DNA of 64,000 nt from Candidatus Krumholzibacteriia bacterium (lineage in GTDB: Bacteria > Krumholzibacteriota > Krumholzibacteriia > LZORAL124-64-63), in assembly GCA_050174015.1 (NCBI GenBank), contig JBFXKG010000004.1:100957-164956 (forward strand), read 5' to 3'. This document shows positions 1-8,218 of this stretch, piece after piece; the stretch's first letter is position 1; each line of letters opens with the position of its first letter. A program made the position numbers and the translations under genes. The notes under the pieces are model-generated. The model was not told the DNA's origin, ran no database searches, and worked only from the letters and a program-made list of their open reading frames with translations.

Positions 1-1158
1 CACCGTGCCCAGCAGACCCAGCAGCGGCGCCACGGCCCCCAGCACCGCCAGGATGGCGATCCCCTGCTGGATGCGCGGCAGCTCGTGCAGGATGGCTTCC
101 TGCAGGACCGTTTCCAGGGTGCTGCGGTCCTCGTCGCGGGCGCCCAGGCCCGCCCGGATCACGTGGATCACCGGCCAGTTCTTTCCTGCGTTCTCGGCCA
201 TGATCCTCTCGCAGCCGTCCCAGTCCCCCTGCGCCGCCAGATCCGTCACCCGACCCATGATGCGGTCGGTGTTGCCGTGCACCCTGTTCAGGAACACGAT
301 CTTGGCGATCACGATGACCAGGGCCGCCAGGGCGATCAGGCCGATGGGCCAGATGATGGGTCCGCCGGCCTGCAGCTGCTCGACGAAGCCGGTCCGGTGG
401 GTCAGCTGGCGCAGGGCCGCGCCCCCGCTCATGTCCACCGGAACGTCCGCGGACCGGCCATCGAGGTAGGCCTCCAGCGAACTCCGCACGCCCCGCGGCG
501 GCAGGGCTGCCAGGGCGAAGAGCTGTCCCCCGTCCGGCTGCCAGTCCAGGAAGCCGAGCTCGTCGCCGGTGCGATAGACCGTGGTGAACTTGCCCAGCTG
601 GAGGACGTCCCCCCGGGTCTGCTTGCCGTCCCGGCCGATGAAGTCCCCCGCCGCGAGGGTGACCTGCTGGCCGCGGGCGATCTCGTCGAAGAAGACGTCG
701 GCCATGGCCGTGATGTCGTCGATGTCCGGGAAGTAGCCGGTGTCCAGCAGGGGGGCCACCGTCTCCAGCCGCCAGGGCCGGCCGGCGCTCAGGGGCGAGG
801 CCTTGAGCAGGGACTCCAGTTCCCGCGCGGCCACGCGCACGTTGCCGCTGATCTCGCGGAAGGCCAGTTCGCGCCCGCTCCATCGGGCCGCCAGCTCGTC
901 GCGGCGCCGGGCGCCCTCGGCCTGGCGGCGTTCCAGGTCGGCCACGCCGTCCTCCAGCTCCGCCTGGCGCCGTTCGAGACGCTCGACCTCGGCCAGCAGG
1001 GCGGCGCGGTCGGCCAGGATGCGGGTCTCGGCGGCGCGGGCCTCCTGCAGGGCGGCCTGGCGGTCCGCCTCGGCCTTGCGCGCGGCCTCGCGGATGTCCT
1101 GGCCGACAGCGGGGACCGCGAATGCCAGCAACCACAGGATGGGCAGCAGGCGCCTCAT
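1..1158 (-). CDS. MotA/TolQ/ExbB proton-channel family protein with long N-terminal periplasmic coiled-coil domain; 3' end lies beyond window start
   Basis: Absent from the ORF track because it runs off the window edge. Manual reverse-complement translation from ATG at 1158 gives MRRLLPILWLLAFAVPAVGQ (signal peptide), then a coiled-coil region (RKAEADRQAALQEARAAE...), then PIIWPIGLIALAALVIVIAKIVFL ... GIAILAVLGAVAPLLGLLGTV, the ExbB/TolQ/MotA TM2-TM3 hallmark. The ATG overlaps the stop of the upstream DUF3450 gene (ATGA). Confidence 0.75.
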   Translation of the reverse strand, partial: MRRLLPILWLLAFAVPAVGQDIREAARKAEADRQAALQEARAAETRILADRAALLAEVERLERRQAELEDGVADLERRQAEGARRRDELAARWSGRELAFREISGNVRVAARELESLLKASPLSAGRPWRLETVAPLLDTGYFPDIDDITAMADVFFDEIARGQQVTLAAGDFIGRDGKQTRGDVLQLGKFTTVYRTGDELGFLDWQPDGGQLFALAALPPRGVRSSLEAYLDGRSADVPVDMSGGAALRQLTHRTGFVEQLQAGGPIIWPIGLIALAALVIVIAKIVFLNRVHGNTDRIMGRVTDLAAQGDWDGCERIMAENAGKNWPVIHVIRAGLGARDEDRSTLETVLQEAILHELPRIQQGIAILAVLGAVAPLLGLLGTV

Positions 1159-1955
1159 GGCTGCGCCTCCGCGGCGGGGGCGATCCTGCCCAGGGGAAGC
1201 TCGATGAGCTCGACCGGCCGCAGGCGCGAGGCCATCTCCATGGCCAGTCCGATGCGGCGACGGGCCCCGCCGTCGGCGAGAGCCAGCCAGGCCCCCTCGC
1301 CCTGATCGTACGTCCCTGCCTGCTTGCGGTCCGGGGTCATCCAGAACAGGGCCACCCGGCCGAGCCGCAGGATGTCGGCGAAGATCGTCTCGCCGGCGAC
1401 CTCGATCTCCCCCTGGTAGACCTCGGCCGTCGCCCCGTAGGCGGCTTCGACCTGCAGGGCTTCGAGCAGACGCCGCAGCTTCTCGGCCGAGGCGATGTCC
1501 GGTCTGGACAGCTCATCCCTCAGGGTTTCGAGGCGGAAACGGCGCTCTCCGGGCAGGAAGGGCAGGCTGCGGGAGACCGAATCCTCCAGGCGGTGGAAGA
1601 GGACCTGGAGGGTGTCCTGCAGGCTTCCCTCGAGCCGGTCCGCCTCGCCGAGCCGGCGCTCCAGTTCGGCGATGCGGCCCTCGAGGCCGAGCACCCGCTG
1701 CTGTTCCACCCCCTGGCGCTCCTCCAACCACTCGACCGACGCCTGGGCCTGACGGAAACGGCGCAGGAGGTCGTCCTTCTCCTCGGCCCAGGCGTCCAGA
1801 CCCTGCTGGGTCTGCTGCCGGACCTCCACCGCCTGATCCACCGCCTCGCGCGCCTCCTGCCCCGTCTGGGCCCACGCCTCGCCCGTCGCGGCGAGGAACG
1901 CCGCCAGGGCGTAGAACCAGCCCCGATACGCCATCCGATTCGAATTCATGAACAT
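1155..1955 (-). CDS. DUF3450-family TonB-system-associated periplasmic protein
   Basis: Start trimmed within ORF 1155..2234 to MFMNSNRMAYRGWFYALAAFLAATGEAWAQ (signal peptide). Coiled-coil-rich body; its position immediately upstream of, and translationally coupled to, a long ExbB is typical of DUF3450. Confidence 0.65.
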   Translation of the reverse strand: MFMNSNRMAYRGWFYALAAFLAATGEAWAQTGQEAREAVDQAVEVRQQTQQGLDAWAEEKDDLLRRFRQAQASVEWLEERQGVEQQRVLGLEGRIAELERRLGEADRLEGSLQDTLQVLFHRLEDSVSRSLPFLPGERRFRLETLRDELSRPDIASAEKLRRLLEALQVEAAYGATAEVYQGEIEVAGETIFADILRLGRVALFWMTPDRKQAGTYDQGEGAWLALADGGARRRIGLAMEMASRLRPVELIELPLGRIAPAAEAQP

Positions 1956-2001
1956 CCTGTTCCGGTTGAGGGGGGCCGGACCATCCGGCTCGCCCGCCTG
2001 G

Positions 2002-2628
2002 TCATTCCGCTCCCGGGGAGAAGGAATTGAAGAACTGCTGGATGAGAGGGTCGTCCCACAGGCCGCCCTCGACGTCCCAGGCCGAGAGCAGGTAGACCGC
2101 GCCCTCGACCAGCAGGCCCCGCAGCCAGACCTCGCCGACCCCGTCACCCGACGTCGCCCGGACGTCGACGCCCTCGCCCTGGCGGCCCGGACCGAATTCG
2201 CCGCTGATGAACTGCTCGCTCGTGACCAACGCATCCATCTGCTTGAGGACCTTGCGCAACTGCCGGGTGACCTCGTTCGGGCCGGCCGGGCCGCCCCTGC
2301 CGTCGGTGAGGTTGAAGAACGCCGTCACCGAACAGCCCTGACCCTGCTCCTCGAAGCGATCGCAGGTGACGGCGATCACCTGCACCGCCTCGATGTCGGG
2401 ATCGTCGTCTCCCAGCTGGTCCTGCTCGTTGTAGAGCTGCTTCACCTTGGCGCAGCCGGTCGGCATCATCACCCGGAAGTCGCCCAGGGAGGACGAATAC
2501 AGGTAGGGATTGTTCTGGTCGACCGTGGCGTTGTCCGACGTCGTGGTGATCTGCGGGTCGGTGGCCGTGGCGCTCGCCGCGCCGAGCAGGGCGGCTGTCG
2601 CCAGCAGGACGGTCATGATTTGCTGCAT
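2002..2628 (-). CDS. hypothetical secreted protein (208 aa, 4 Cys)
   Basis: Internal start MQQIMTVLLATAALLGAASATA (signal peptide) with GGAG RBS (gcgaggagccccATG); sits 11 nt downstream of the pepF stop. No recognisable family. Confidence 0.55.
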   Translation of the reverse strand: MQQIMTVLLATAALLGAASATATDPQITTTSDNATVDQNNPYLYSSSLGDFRVMMPTGCAKVKQLYNEQDQLGDDDPDIEAVQVIAVTCDRFEEQGQGCSVTAFFNLTDGRGGPAGPNEVTRQLRKVLKQMDALVTSEQFISGEFGPGRQGEGVDVRATSGDGVGEVWLRGLLVEGAVYLLSAWDVEGGLWDDPLIQQFFNSFSPGAE

Positions 2629-2639
2629 GGGGCTCCTCG

Positions 2640-4508
2640 CTAGGTGGTCCTGCCCAGGTCGGCGTGCAGGGCCTCGGCCTGGTCGATGAGGGATCCGAAA
2701 AGGGTCACCACGTCCTCCATGGGACCGGACGTGGCGAGGTCCACTCCGCCCAGCATCACGGTGGCCACGGGATAGCGGCTGCATCCCGAACGCAGGATGT
2801 CCAGGTATTGTTCCCGCTTCTCCGCACCCCCGGCCAGGACCTTCCGGGAAAGGGCCACCGCCGCCGAGTAGGCCGTGGCGTACTGGTAGACGTAGTAGTC
2901 GTAGTAGAAGTGCGGGATCCGCATCCAGGTCAAGGGGCTGCGGTCCGGATCGAAGTCCACCAGCGGCCCCCAGTACTTGACCAGCAGTTCCCGGTAGAGC
3001 TCGCCCAGGGCCTCGGCGGTCAGGGTCTGGCCCTGCTCGCCCAGGCGGTGGATGCGCAGCTCGAATTCGGCGAACATCGTCTGCCGGAACACGGTGTTGT
3101 TGATCTGGGACAGGTGGTAGTCCAGCAGGTAGGCCCGCCGCCGGGGGTCCGTGGTGGTGCGGACCAGGTGGTCCATCAGCAGGAGCTCGTTGAAGGTCGA
3201 GGCCACCTCGGCGGTGAAGATGGGGTAGCTGCCGTAGACGTACGGCTGGTTGTGCACCGCAAGCCAGCTGTGCATGGAATGCCCCAGCTCGTGGGCCAGG
3301 GTGAAGGAATCCCCCAGCTGGTCCGACCAGTTCAGCAGGATGTACGGCGGCGTGTCGTAGACGCCGTTGCTGTAGCCCCCGCTGCGCTTGCCGGCGTTCT
3401 CGTGGACGTCGATCCAGCCGCCCGCGATGCCCTCGCGCACCGTGCGCACGTAGTCCTCGCCCAGGGGCGCGAAGGCCTCGAGCATGACCTCGCACGCCTC
3501 GTCGTAGGTGAACTTGAACTCGCCCTCGGGAAAGAGGGGAACCGCCAGATCGTATTCCCGCAGCGGGTCAAGGCCGAGGACCGCCTGCTTGAGCGCGGTG
3601 TACCGGTGGATCGCCGGCAGGTTCTTGCCCACGGTGTCGAGCAGGGCGTGGTAGACCTCCGGCGGCACGGCGTCGGGGTGCAGGCTGGCCTCGAGGGTGC
3701 CCGCGTGACGCCGCGCCCCGGCGAAGAAGACGTGGTTCTTGACGTTGGCGTCCATGTTGGCGGCCATGGTGTTGCGCAGGGCGCCGTAGCCGTCCAGGAA
3801 GGCGGCGAAGGAGTCCCGCCGCACCCGCCGGTCCCGGGATTTCTGGAACTTGTAGTAGCGGGCCTTGGTCAAGGTCGCCGGCTCGCCGTCCTCCCCGGTG
3901 ATGGCGTCGAACTGGAGGTCGGCGTTGTCGAAGGCGTTGAAGATCTGGCCCGGCCCTCGCGACATCAACCCCGCCGAGGCCAGCAAGGCCTCCTGATCGG
4001 CGTCCAGGGTGTGGGGCCGCGCCCGCTGGACGTCGTCGAAGAAGTGACGGTAGACCTCCAGGCCGGCCTCCGCCGCGATGAACTCCTCCAGGATCCGCGG
4101 GTCCAGGTCCAGCAGCTCGGATTCGAACCAGCTGGTCGCCTCGGCGAACTTCACCGCCAGGCTGGACACCCGACCCTTGCGGGCCAGGTTCTCCCCGATG
4201 CGCGTGTCCTCGTCGCTCTTCATGCCCGCGAAGACCAGAGCCTTTTCCAGCCGGCGCCGGGACCCGTGGATGGCTTCGATGGTCTCCAGCAACCGCGCCG
4301 CCCCGTCGCCCAGGGTGCCCTGCCGCTCCGCCAGGCCGGGCAGGGACCCCTCGACCTCGGCGAAACATTCCTCCCAGGCCGCCCAGTCGGTGAAGATCAT
4401 CTCGAGCTTCCACTTGTAGCGGTCGTCGACGGCGCAGCGCTCGGCCAGGGCTCCGCCGCCGGGGATTTCCGCGTCCTTGAAGGGGGGCAGGATCTCTCTC
4501 AGGGGCAT
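2640..4508 (-). CDS. pepF: oligoendopeptidase F, peptidase family M3B
   Basis: Start trimmed to MPLREILPPF (cat at 4506-4508, GGAG RBS). HEXXH zinc site HELGHSMH, about 620 aa, M3B-like throughout. Confidence 0.9.
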   Translation of the reverse strand: MPLREILPPFKDAEIPGGGALAERCAVDDRYKWKLEMIFTDWAAWEECFAEVEGSLPGLAERQGTLGDGAARLLETIEAIHGSRRRLEKALVFAGMKSDEDTRIGENLARKGRVSSLAVKFAEATSWFESELLDLDPRILEEFIAAEAGLEVYRHFFDDVQRARPHTLDADQEALLASAGLMSRGPGQIFNAFDNADLQFDAITGEDGEPATLTKARYYKFQKSRDRRVRRDSFAAFLDGYGALRNTMAANMDANVKNHVFFAGARRHAGTLEASLHPDAVPPEVYHALLDTVGKNLPAIHRYTALKQAVLGLDPLREYDLAVPLFPEGEFKFTYDEACEVMLEAFAPLGEDYVRTVREGIAGGWIDVHENAGKRSGGYSNGVYDTPPYILLNWSDQLGDSFTLAHELGHSMHSWLAVHNQPYVYGSYPIFTAEVASTFNELLLMDHLVRTTTDPRRRAYLLDYHLSQINNTVFRQTMFAEFELRIHRLGEQGQTLTAEALGELYRELLVKYWGPLVDFDPDRSPLTWMRIPHFYYDYYVYQYATAYSAAVALSRKVLAGGAEKREQYLDILRSGCSRYPVATVMLGGVDLATSGPMEDVVTLFGSLIDQAEALHADLGRTT

Positions 4509-4657
4509 GACGTCTCCTCGAACGGATTCATGATTCGGATCGGGCGCACCCGCGCCTCGGGTGGATGCGGCGCCTGGGGCCTCCACCAAAATACTGCCCC
4601 CGGCCAGCATAGGCCAGATCCGGCCCGGTGCCAATCAAACCTGGAAAGGGGGCGTCA

Positions 4658-5518
4658 TCAGAGGGGTTTCCGGTAACAGGCCGGCAGGACGTACCTGTAC
4701 AGGCCGCCGTCCCGGTTGATCGTCTCGGAATGGCCGATGAAGAGGTAGCCGCCCGGAACCGTGTTGTCGGCGAACTTCTCGACAAGCTTGGCCCGGGTGG
4801 GGTTGTCGAAGTAGATCATGACGTTACGGCAGAAGATCGCGTCGAACGGGCTGCGGAACCTGAACACCCGGTTCATGAGGTTGTGGCGTCGGAAGTGGAC
4901 CAGGGTGCGGATGGGGTCCCCGACGCGGTACATTCCGCCCGGCTGCTTGATCAGGTAGCGGTTCTTCAGGGCGGGGGGCAGCTTGGACACCGCATCATGG
5001 GGGTAGATGGCCGCCTGGGCCTTTTGCAGGGCCTTCATGGAGATGTCGGTCGCCAGCAGGACCGGCTTCAGACGGGCTCCGGACGCCGCCAGGGCTTCCG
5101 CCATGAGCATCATCAGCGTGTACGGTTCCTCCCCCGTGGAGCATCCCGCGCACCAGACCCGGAGTTCGGGGTCGCCCGCGGCCGTCCTCCGCCTGATGGC
5201 CTCGGGCAGGACCGTGGCGGCGAAATGGTCGAAGTGCTCGTGCTCCCGGTTGAAGTAGGTGTGGTTGGTCGAGATGCGATCGGCCAGTTCGCTCAGGGCT
5301 TCCCCGCTGGGATCCCCCTGGACCCAGTGCAGGTAGTCCCCGAACGTCGAGAACCCCCGCAACCGGAGCACCTTCTGCAGGCGCCCCACCACGAGGGTCT
5401 TCTTCTGCGAGCTGAGTGATATCCCGAAGTTCTCGTAGACCAGACGCCGGACGGCGTCGAACTCCCGGTCCGAGATCCGCGACTCCACGGGCGCGGTGAG
5501 GGTGTCCTGGGGGCTCAT
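4658..5518 (-). CDS. cheR: chemotaxis protein methyltransferase CheR
   Basis: Start trimmed to MSPQDTLTAPVESRISDREFDAVRRLVYENFGISL. SAM-MTase motifs (VWCAGCSTGEEPYTL) and CheR C-terminal region. Its ATG shares one base with the cheY stop (TGATG). Confidence 0.85.
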   Translation of the reverse strand: MSPQDTLTAPVESRISDREFDAVRRLVYENFGISLSSQKKTLVVGRLQKVLRLRGFSTFGDYLHWVQGDPSGEALSELADRISTNHTYFNREHEHFDHFAATVLPEAIRRRTAAGDPELRVWCAGCSTGEEPYTLMMLMAEALAASGARLKPVLLATDISMKALQKAQAAIYPHDAVSKLPPALKNRYLIKQPGGMYRVGDPIRTLVHFRRHNLMNRVFRFRSPFDAIFCRNVMIYFDNPTRAKLVEKFADNTVPGGYLFIGHSETINRDGGLYRYVLPACYRKPL

Positions 5519-5943
5519 CAGGTCCTGTCCGCTCCCGAACCGACCAGTTCCACCTTCAGGCCGACTTCCTTCAGGACATCCATGAACTTCCGCTTGACGA
5601 TGGGCTTGACCAGGTAGCCGTCGGCCGCGTCCTTGAACGACTTGCGGATGACCTCGTGGTCCTCGAGCGCGCTGGTCATGATGATCTTGGCTCCCTGCCC
5701 CACCTGGAGCCCCTTGCGCTCCTCCAGCTTCCGGATGTCGACCAGGGTCTCCTGGCCGCACTTGCCCGGCATCATGATGTCCAGACAGATGAGATCGTAG
5801 TGGCTCCCGCTGTCCAGGGCGGCCTGCACGGCCGCCACGGCTTCGTTGCCGTTGACGGCGACGTCGCAGTCCCCGTAGGATTCCAGATATCGGCACAACA
5901 GGCGGCGGCTGATGAAGTCGTCTTCCACGATCAGGATCTGCAT
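5518..5943 (-). CDS. cheY: CheY-like single-domain response regulator
   Basis: Start trimmed to MQILIVEDDFISRRLL. Receiver domain with DD...D...K pattern (LICLDIMMPGKCG, IMTSA, YLVKP). Confidence 0.85.
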   Translation of the reverse strand: MQILIVEDDFISRRLLCRYLESYGDCDVAVNGNEAVAAVQAALDSGSHYDLICLDIMMPGKCGQETLVDIRKLEERKGLQVGQGAKIIMTSALEDHEVIRKSFKDAADGYLVKPIVKRKFMDVLKEVGLKVELVGSGADRT

Positions 5944-6194
5944 GGGTCGTTCCTCACGTTGGATCCGGCCTGAAGGCGCGGCGCGGACGGTAGGCGGAAA
6001 TCCGGACCATCCCCTCGGTCCTGCCTCACCTCCGATATCGGTCACGATTCCCGGACCCTTGAATAAATCTTCAGGTCCGCAGGTACTCTTGATGGCCGGC
6101 TCGCCGGGATTATCTTGGGAGCGATTCCGGCCCGGCCGGTGTTCCAGCAGGATCTGCCCCACTCCATGATCATGGCACGAAAAGGAAGGCGAAC

Positions 6195-6986
6195 ATGGGC
6201 TTGCTCGGCACCTTGATCGGGGGCGGCCTCGGTTTCATGTTTTTCGGTCCGCTGGGAGCCATCCTCGGCGGCGCCCTGGGCTCGAACATCGAGCTGGACG
6301 GGGGCTCCCGCCCCCATCCCGGCGCCAGGCGGCCCGGCCAGGCCTGGGGAACCCGCCCCGGCGGCAGGGTCGATCCCCTGCAGGCCCAGCAGATCTTCCT
6401 GGTCGCCATGATCAGCCTGGCGGCCAAGGTCGCCAAGGCGGACGGACGGGTCACCCCGGACGAGGTCGCCTCGTTCGACCAGTTCCTAAGGACCAACCTG
6501 GGGATGCCGGCCGACGAGCGACGCATCGCCGCCCGCATCTTCAACGAGGCGCGCGACTCGGCGATCCCCTCTTCCGAGTTCACCGCCCAGATCCGGCAGA
6601 CCATCGGCCGCCATTCCCAGCGCCTGCACGATCTGGTGACCCTGCTGGTGGGCATCGCCCTGGCCGACGGGGTGATGCACCCTGCCGAAGAGGACCTGAT
6701 CCGCACCATCGCCCGCGATCTCGGCCTCGGCGAACGGGCCTTCCAGGAGGCCCTCGCCATGTTCCGCCCCGAACAGAACCTCGCGAGCGCCTACGCCGCC
6801 CTCGGGCTCGATCCCGGCGCCACGGACGCCGAGGTCCGCAAGTCCTACCGCCGGCTGGCCAAGGAATATCATCCCGACATCATGGCCAACAAGGGCCTCG
6901 GGGAGGACTTCCAGAAGTTCGCCGAGGAGAAGATGCGCGCCGTCAACGGCGCCTACGCCGCCATCAAGGAAGCGCGGGGTTTCTGA
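6195..6986 (+). CDS. djlA: DjlA-like membrane co-chaperone (TerB-like domain plus C-terminal J domain)
   Basis: N-terminal Gly-zipper TM (MGLLGTLIGGGLGFMFFGPLGAILGGALG), a TerB-like middle domain, and a C-terminal DnaJ J-domain (YAALGLDPGATDAEVRKSYRRLAKEYHPD). RBS aaaggaagg. Confidence 0.75.
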   Translation: MGLLGTLIGGGLGFMFFGPLGAILGGALGSNIELDGGSRPHPGARRPGQAWGTRPGGRVDPLQAQQIFLVAMISLAAKVAKADGRVTPDEVASFDQFLRTNLGMPADERRIAARIFNEARDSAIPSSEFTAQIRQTIGRHSQRLHDLVTLLVGIALADGVMHPAEEDLIRTIARDLGLGERAFQEALAMFRPEQNLASAYAALGLDPGATDAEVRKSYRRLAKEYHPDIMANKGLGEDFQKFAEEKMRAVNGAYAAIKEARGF

Positions 6987-7807
6987 TGCCCGAACTGCCC
7001 GAGGTGGAGAGCGTCGGCCGCGCCTTGCTGGCCAACCTCCGGGGACGGCGCCTGACGGGATTGCAGGTCGCCTTTCCGGGCGTCCTGACCCAGACCCCGC
7101 ACCGGATCCGCCGGGCCCTGGTGGGCCGGACCCTCACCGGACTTCACCGGCGGGGCAAGTATCTCATCCTGCACTTCGCCGACGGCGGCGGCGATCCCGC
7201 CTACCTGATGATCCACCTGCGCATGACCGGCCAGATCTTCGTGCTGGACGGCTACCTCCCCGACAAGCACGTCCACGTGACCTTCGACTTCGACGGCCTG
7301 CCGGTGCATTACCGGGACATCCGCAAGTTCGGCCGCCTCACCCTCGTGGAGGACGGGGTGGCGCCCCGCGCCCTCGACCACGTCGGACCGGACATGCTGG
7401 AAGTGCGCTGGCCCGAATGGAGGGAGCGGATCGCCGCGCGCGGCGCCCCCGTCAAGGCCTGCCTGCTGGACCAGGGCATCGCCTCGGGCCTCGGCAACAT
7501 CTACGTGGACGAGTGCCTGTTCCTGGCCGGGATCCATCCCCTGGCCCGCCCCTGCGACCTGGACGAGGCGGAACTGCGGGAAGTGCTGCTGCGCGCCAAG
7601 CAGGTGTTGCGCCTGGCCATCCGCCACGGCGGCACCACCTTCCTGAACTTCACGAACTTCGTGGGCAAGCCGGGGAACTTCCGGCGCAAGCTGCGGGTCT
7701 ACGGGCGGGCGGGCGAGCCCTGCCGGGATTGCGACGCCACCCTGCAGAAGCTGACCGTGGCCGGGCGAACGACCGTCTTCTGTCCCCGGTGTCAGCCGGC
7801 TCCCTGA
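6986..7807 (+). CDS. mutM: formamidopyrimidine-DNA glycosylase (Fpg/MutM)
   Basis: N-terminal MPELPEVE catalytic Pro2/Glu, H2TH domain, C-terminal zinc finger CRDCDATLQKLTVAGRTTVFCPRCQ. Start overlaps the djlA stop (TGATG). Confidence 0.9.
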   Translation: MPELPEVESVGRALLANLRGRRLTGLQVAFPGVLTQTPHRIRRALVGRTLTGLHRRGKYLILHFADGGGDPAYLMIHLRMTGQIFVLDGYLPDKHVHVTFDFDGLPVHYRDIRKFGRLTLVEDGVAPRALDHVGPDMLEVRWPEWRERIAARGAPVKACLLDQGIASGLGNIYVDECLFLAGIHPLARPCDLDEAELREVLLRAKQVLRLAIRHGGTTFLNFTNFVGKPGNFRRKLRVYGRAGEPCRDCDATLQKLTVAGRTTVFCPRCQPAP

Positions 7808-7811
7808 GGAT

Positions 7812-8129
7812 TCAGACGCAGGAGTCGGGACGGGGCAACCCCGCGATGCGGCAGGCCCCCCGGGCCGGGCCGTCAGGGAAGAGGTCGTAGATCCTCTGGA
7901 GGGAGAACCCGGTTTCCCGGCAGAGCACCCGGATCATCGGGGCCGCTCCCTGGGCCCCGTGGAACTTCCGCAGGAAATCGATGATCTTCCAGTGGTCGGC
8001 CGTCAGCCCTCCCAGCCCGTCGGCCTCGGCCAGGGCGTGAGCCAGCGCGGGGGACCATTCCTGCCCGTCGACCAGGTAGCCCTTGTCGTCGATCTCGACC
8101 TTGATGTCTCCGGCTTCGAACAGCGGCAT
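7812..8129 (-). CDS. tusE: TusE/DsrC-family sulfur-relay protein
   Basis: 105 aa. C-terminal LFPDGPARGACRIAGLPRPDSCV matches the DsrC/TusE consensus (LFPxGPAxxAxKIAGLPKPxxC[IV]) with both conserved Cys. Confidence 0.7.
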   Translation of the reverse strand: MPLFEAGDIKVEIDDKGYLVDGQEWSPALAHALAEADGLGGLTADHWKIIDFLRKFHGAQGAAPMIRVLCRETGFSLQRIYDLFPDGPARGACRIAGLPRPDSCV

Positions 8130-8218
8130 GATCGGCTCCTGCGGGGTATGACGGCGCCGGTGCAGCGCCTACCGGCCGAAAAATACCGCGTTTGCCCCTG
8201 CGGGACAAGCGGCCGGCA

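Noticed and set aside
85-1305. 406-aa plus-strand ORF, with 5..469, 740..1207 and 1122..2030 overlapping it
   Set aside because: They lie antisense to the ExbB-like and DUF3450 genes; Ala/Arg/Gly/Pro-rich low-complexity translation typical of high-GC antisense frames; no RBS.
2664-4676. 670-aa plus-strand ORF opposite pepF
   Set aside because: Exact antisense of a well-supported M3B peptidase gene; composition-driven.
8130-8218. Possible terminator hairpin between tusE and the lipoprotein gene (CCGGCCG...CGGCCGG)
   Set aside because: 7-bp stem with an approx 31-nt loop and only a weak U-tract; not convincing as an intrinsic terminator.
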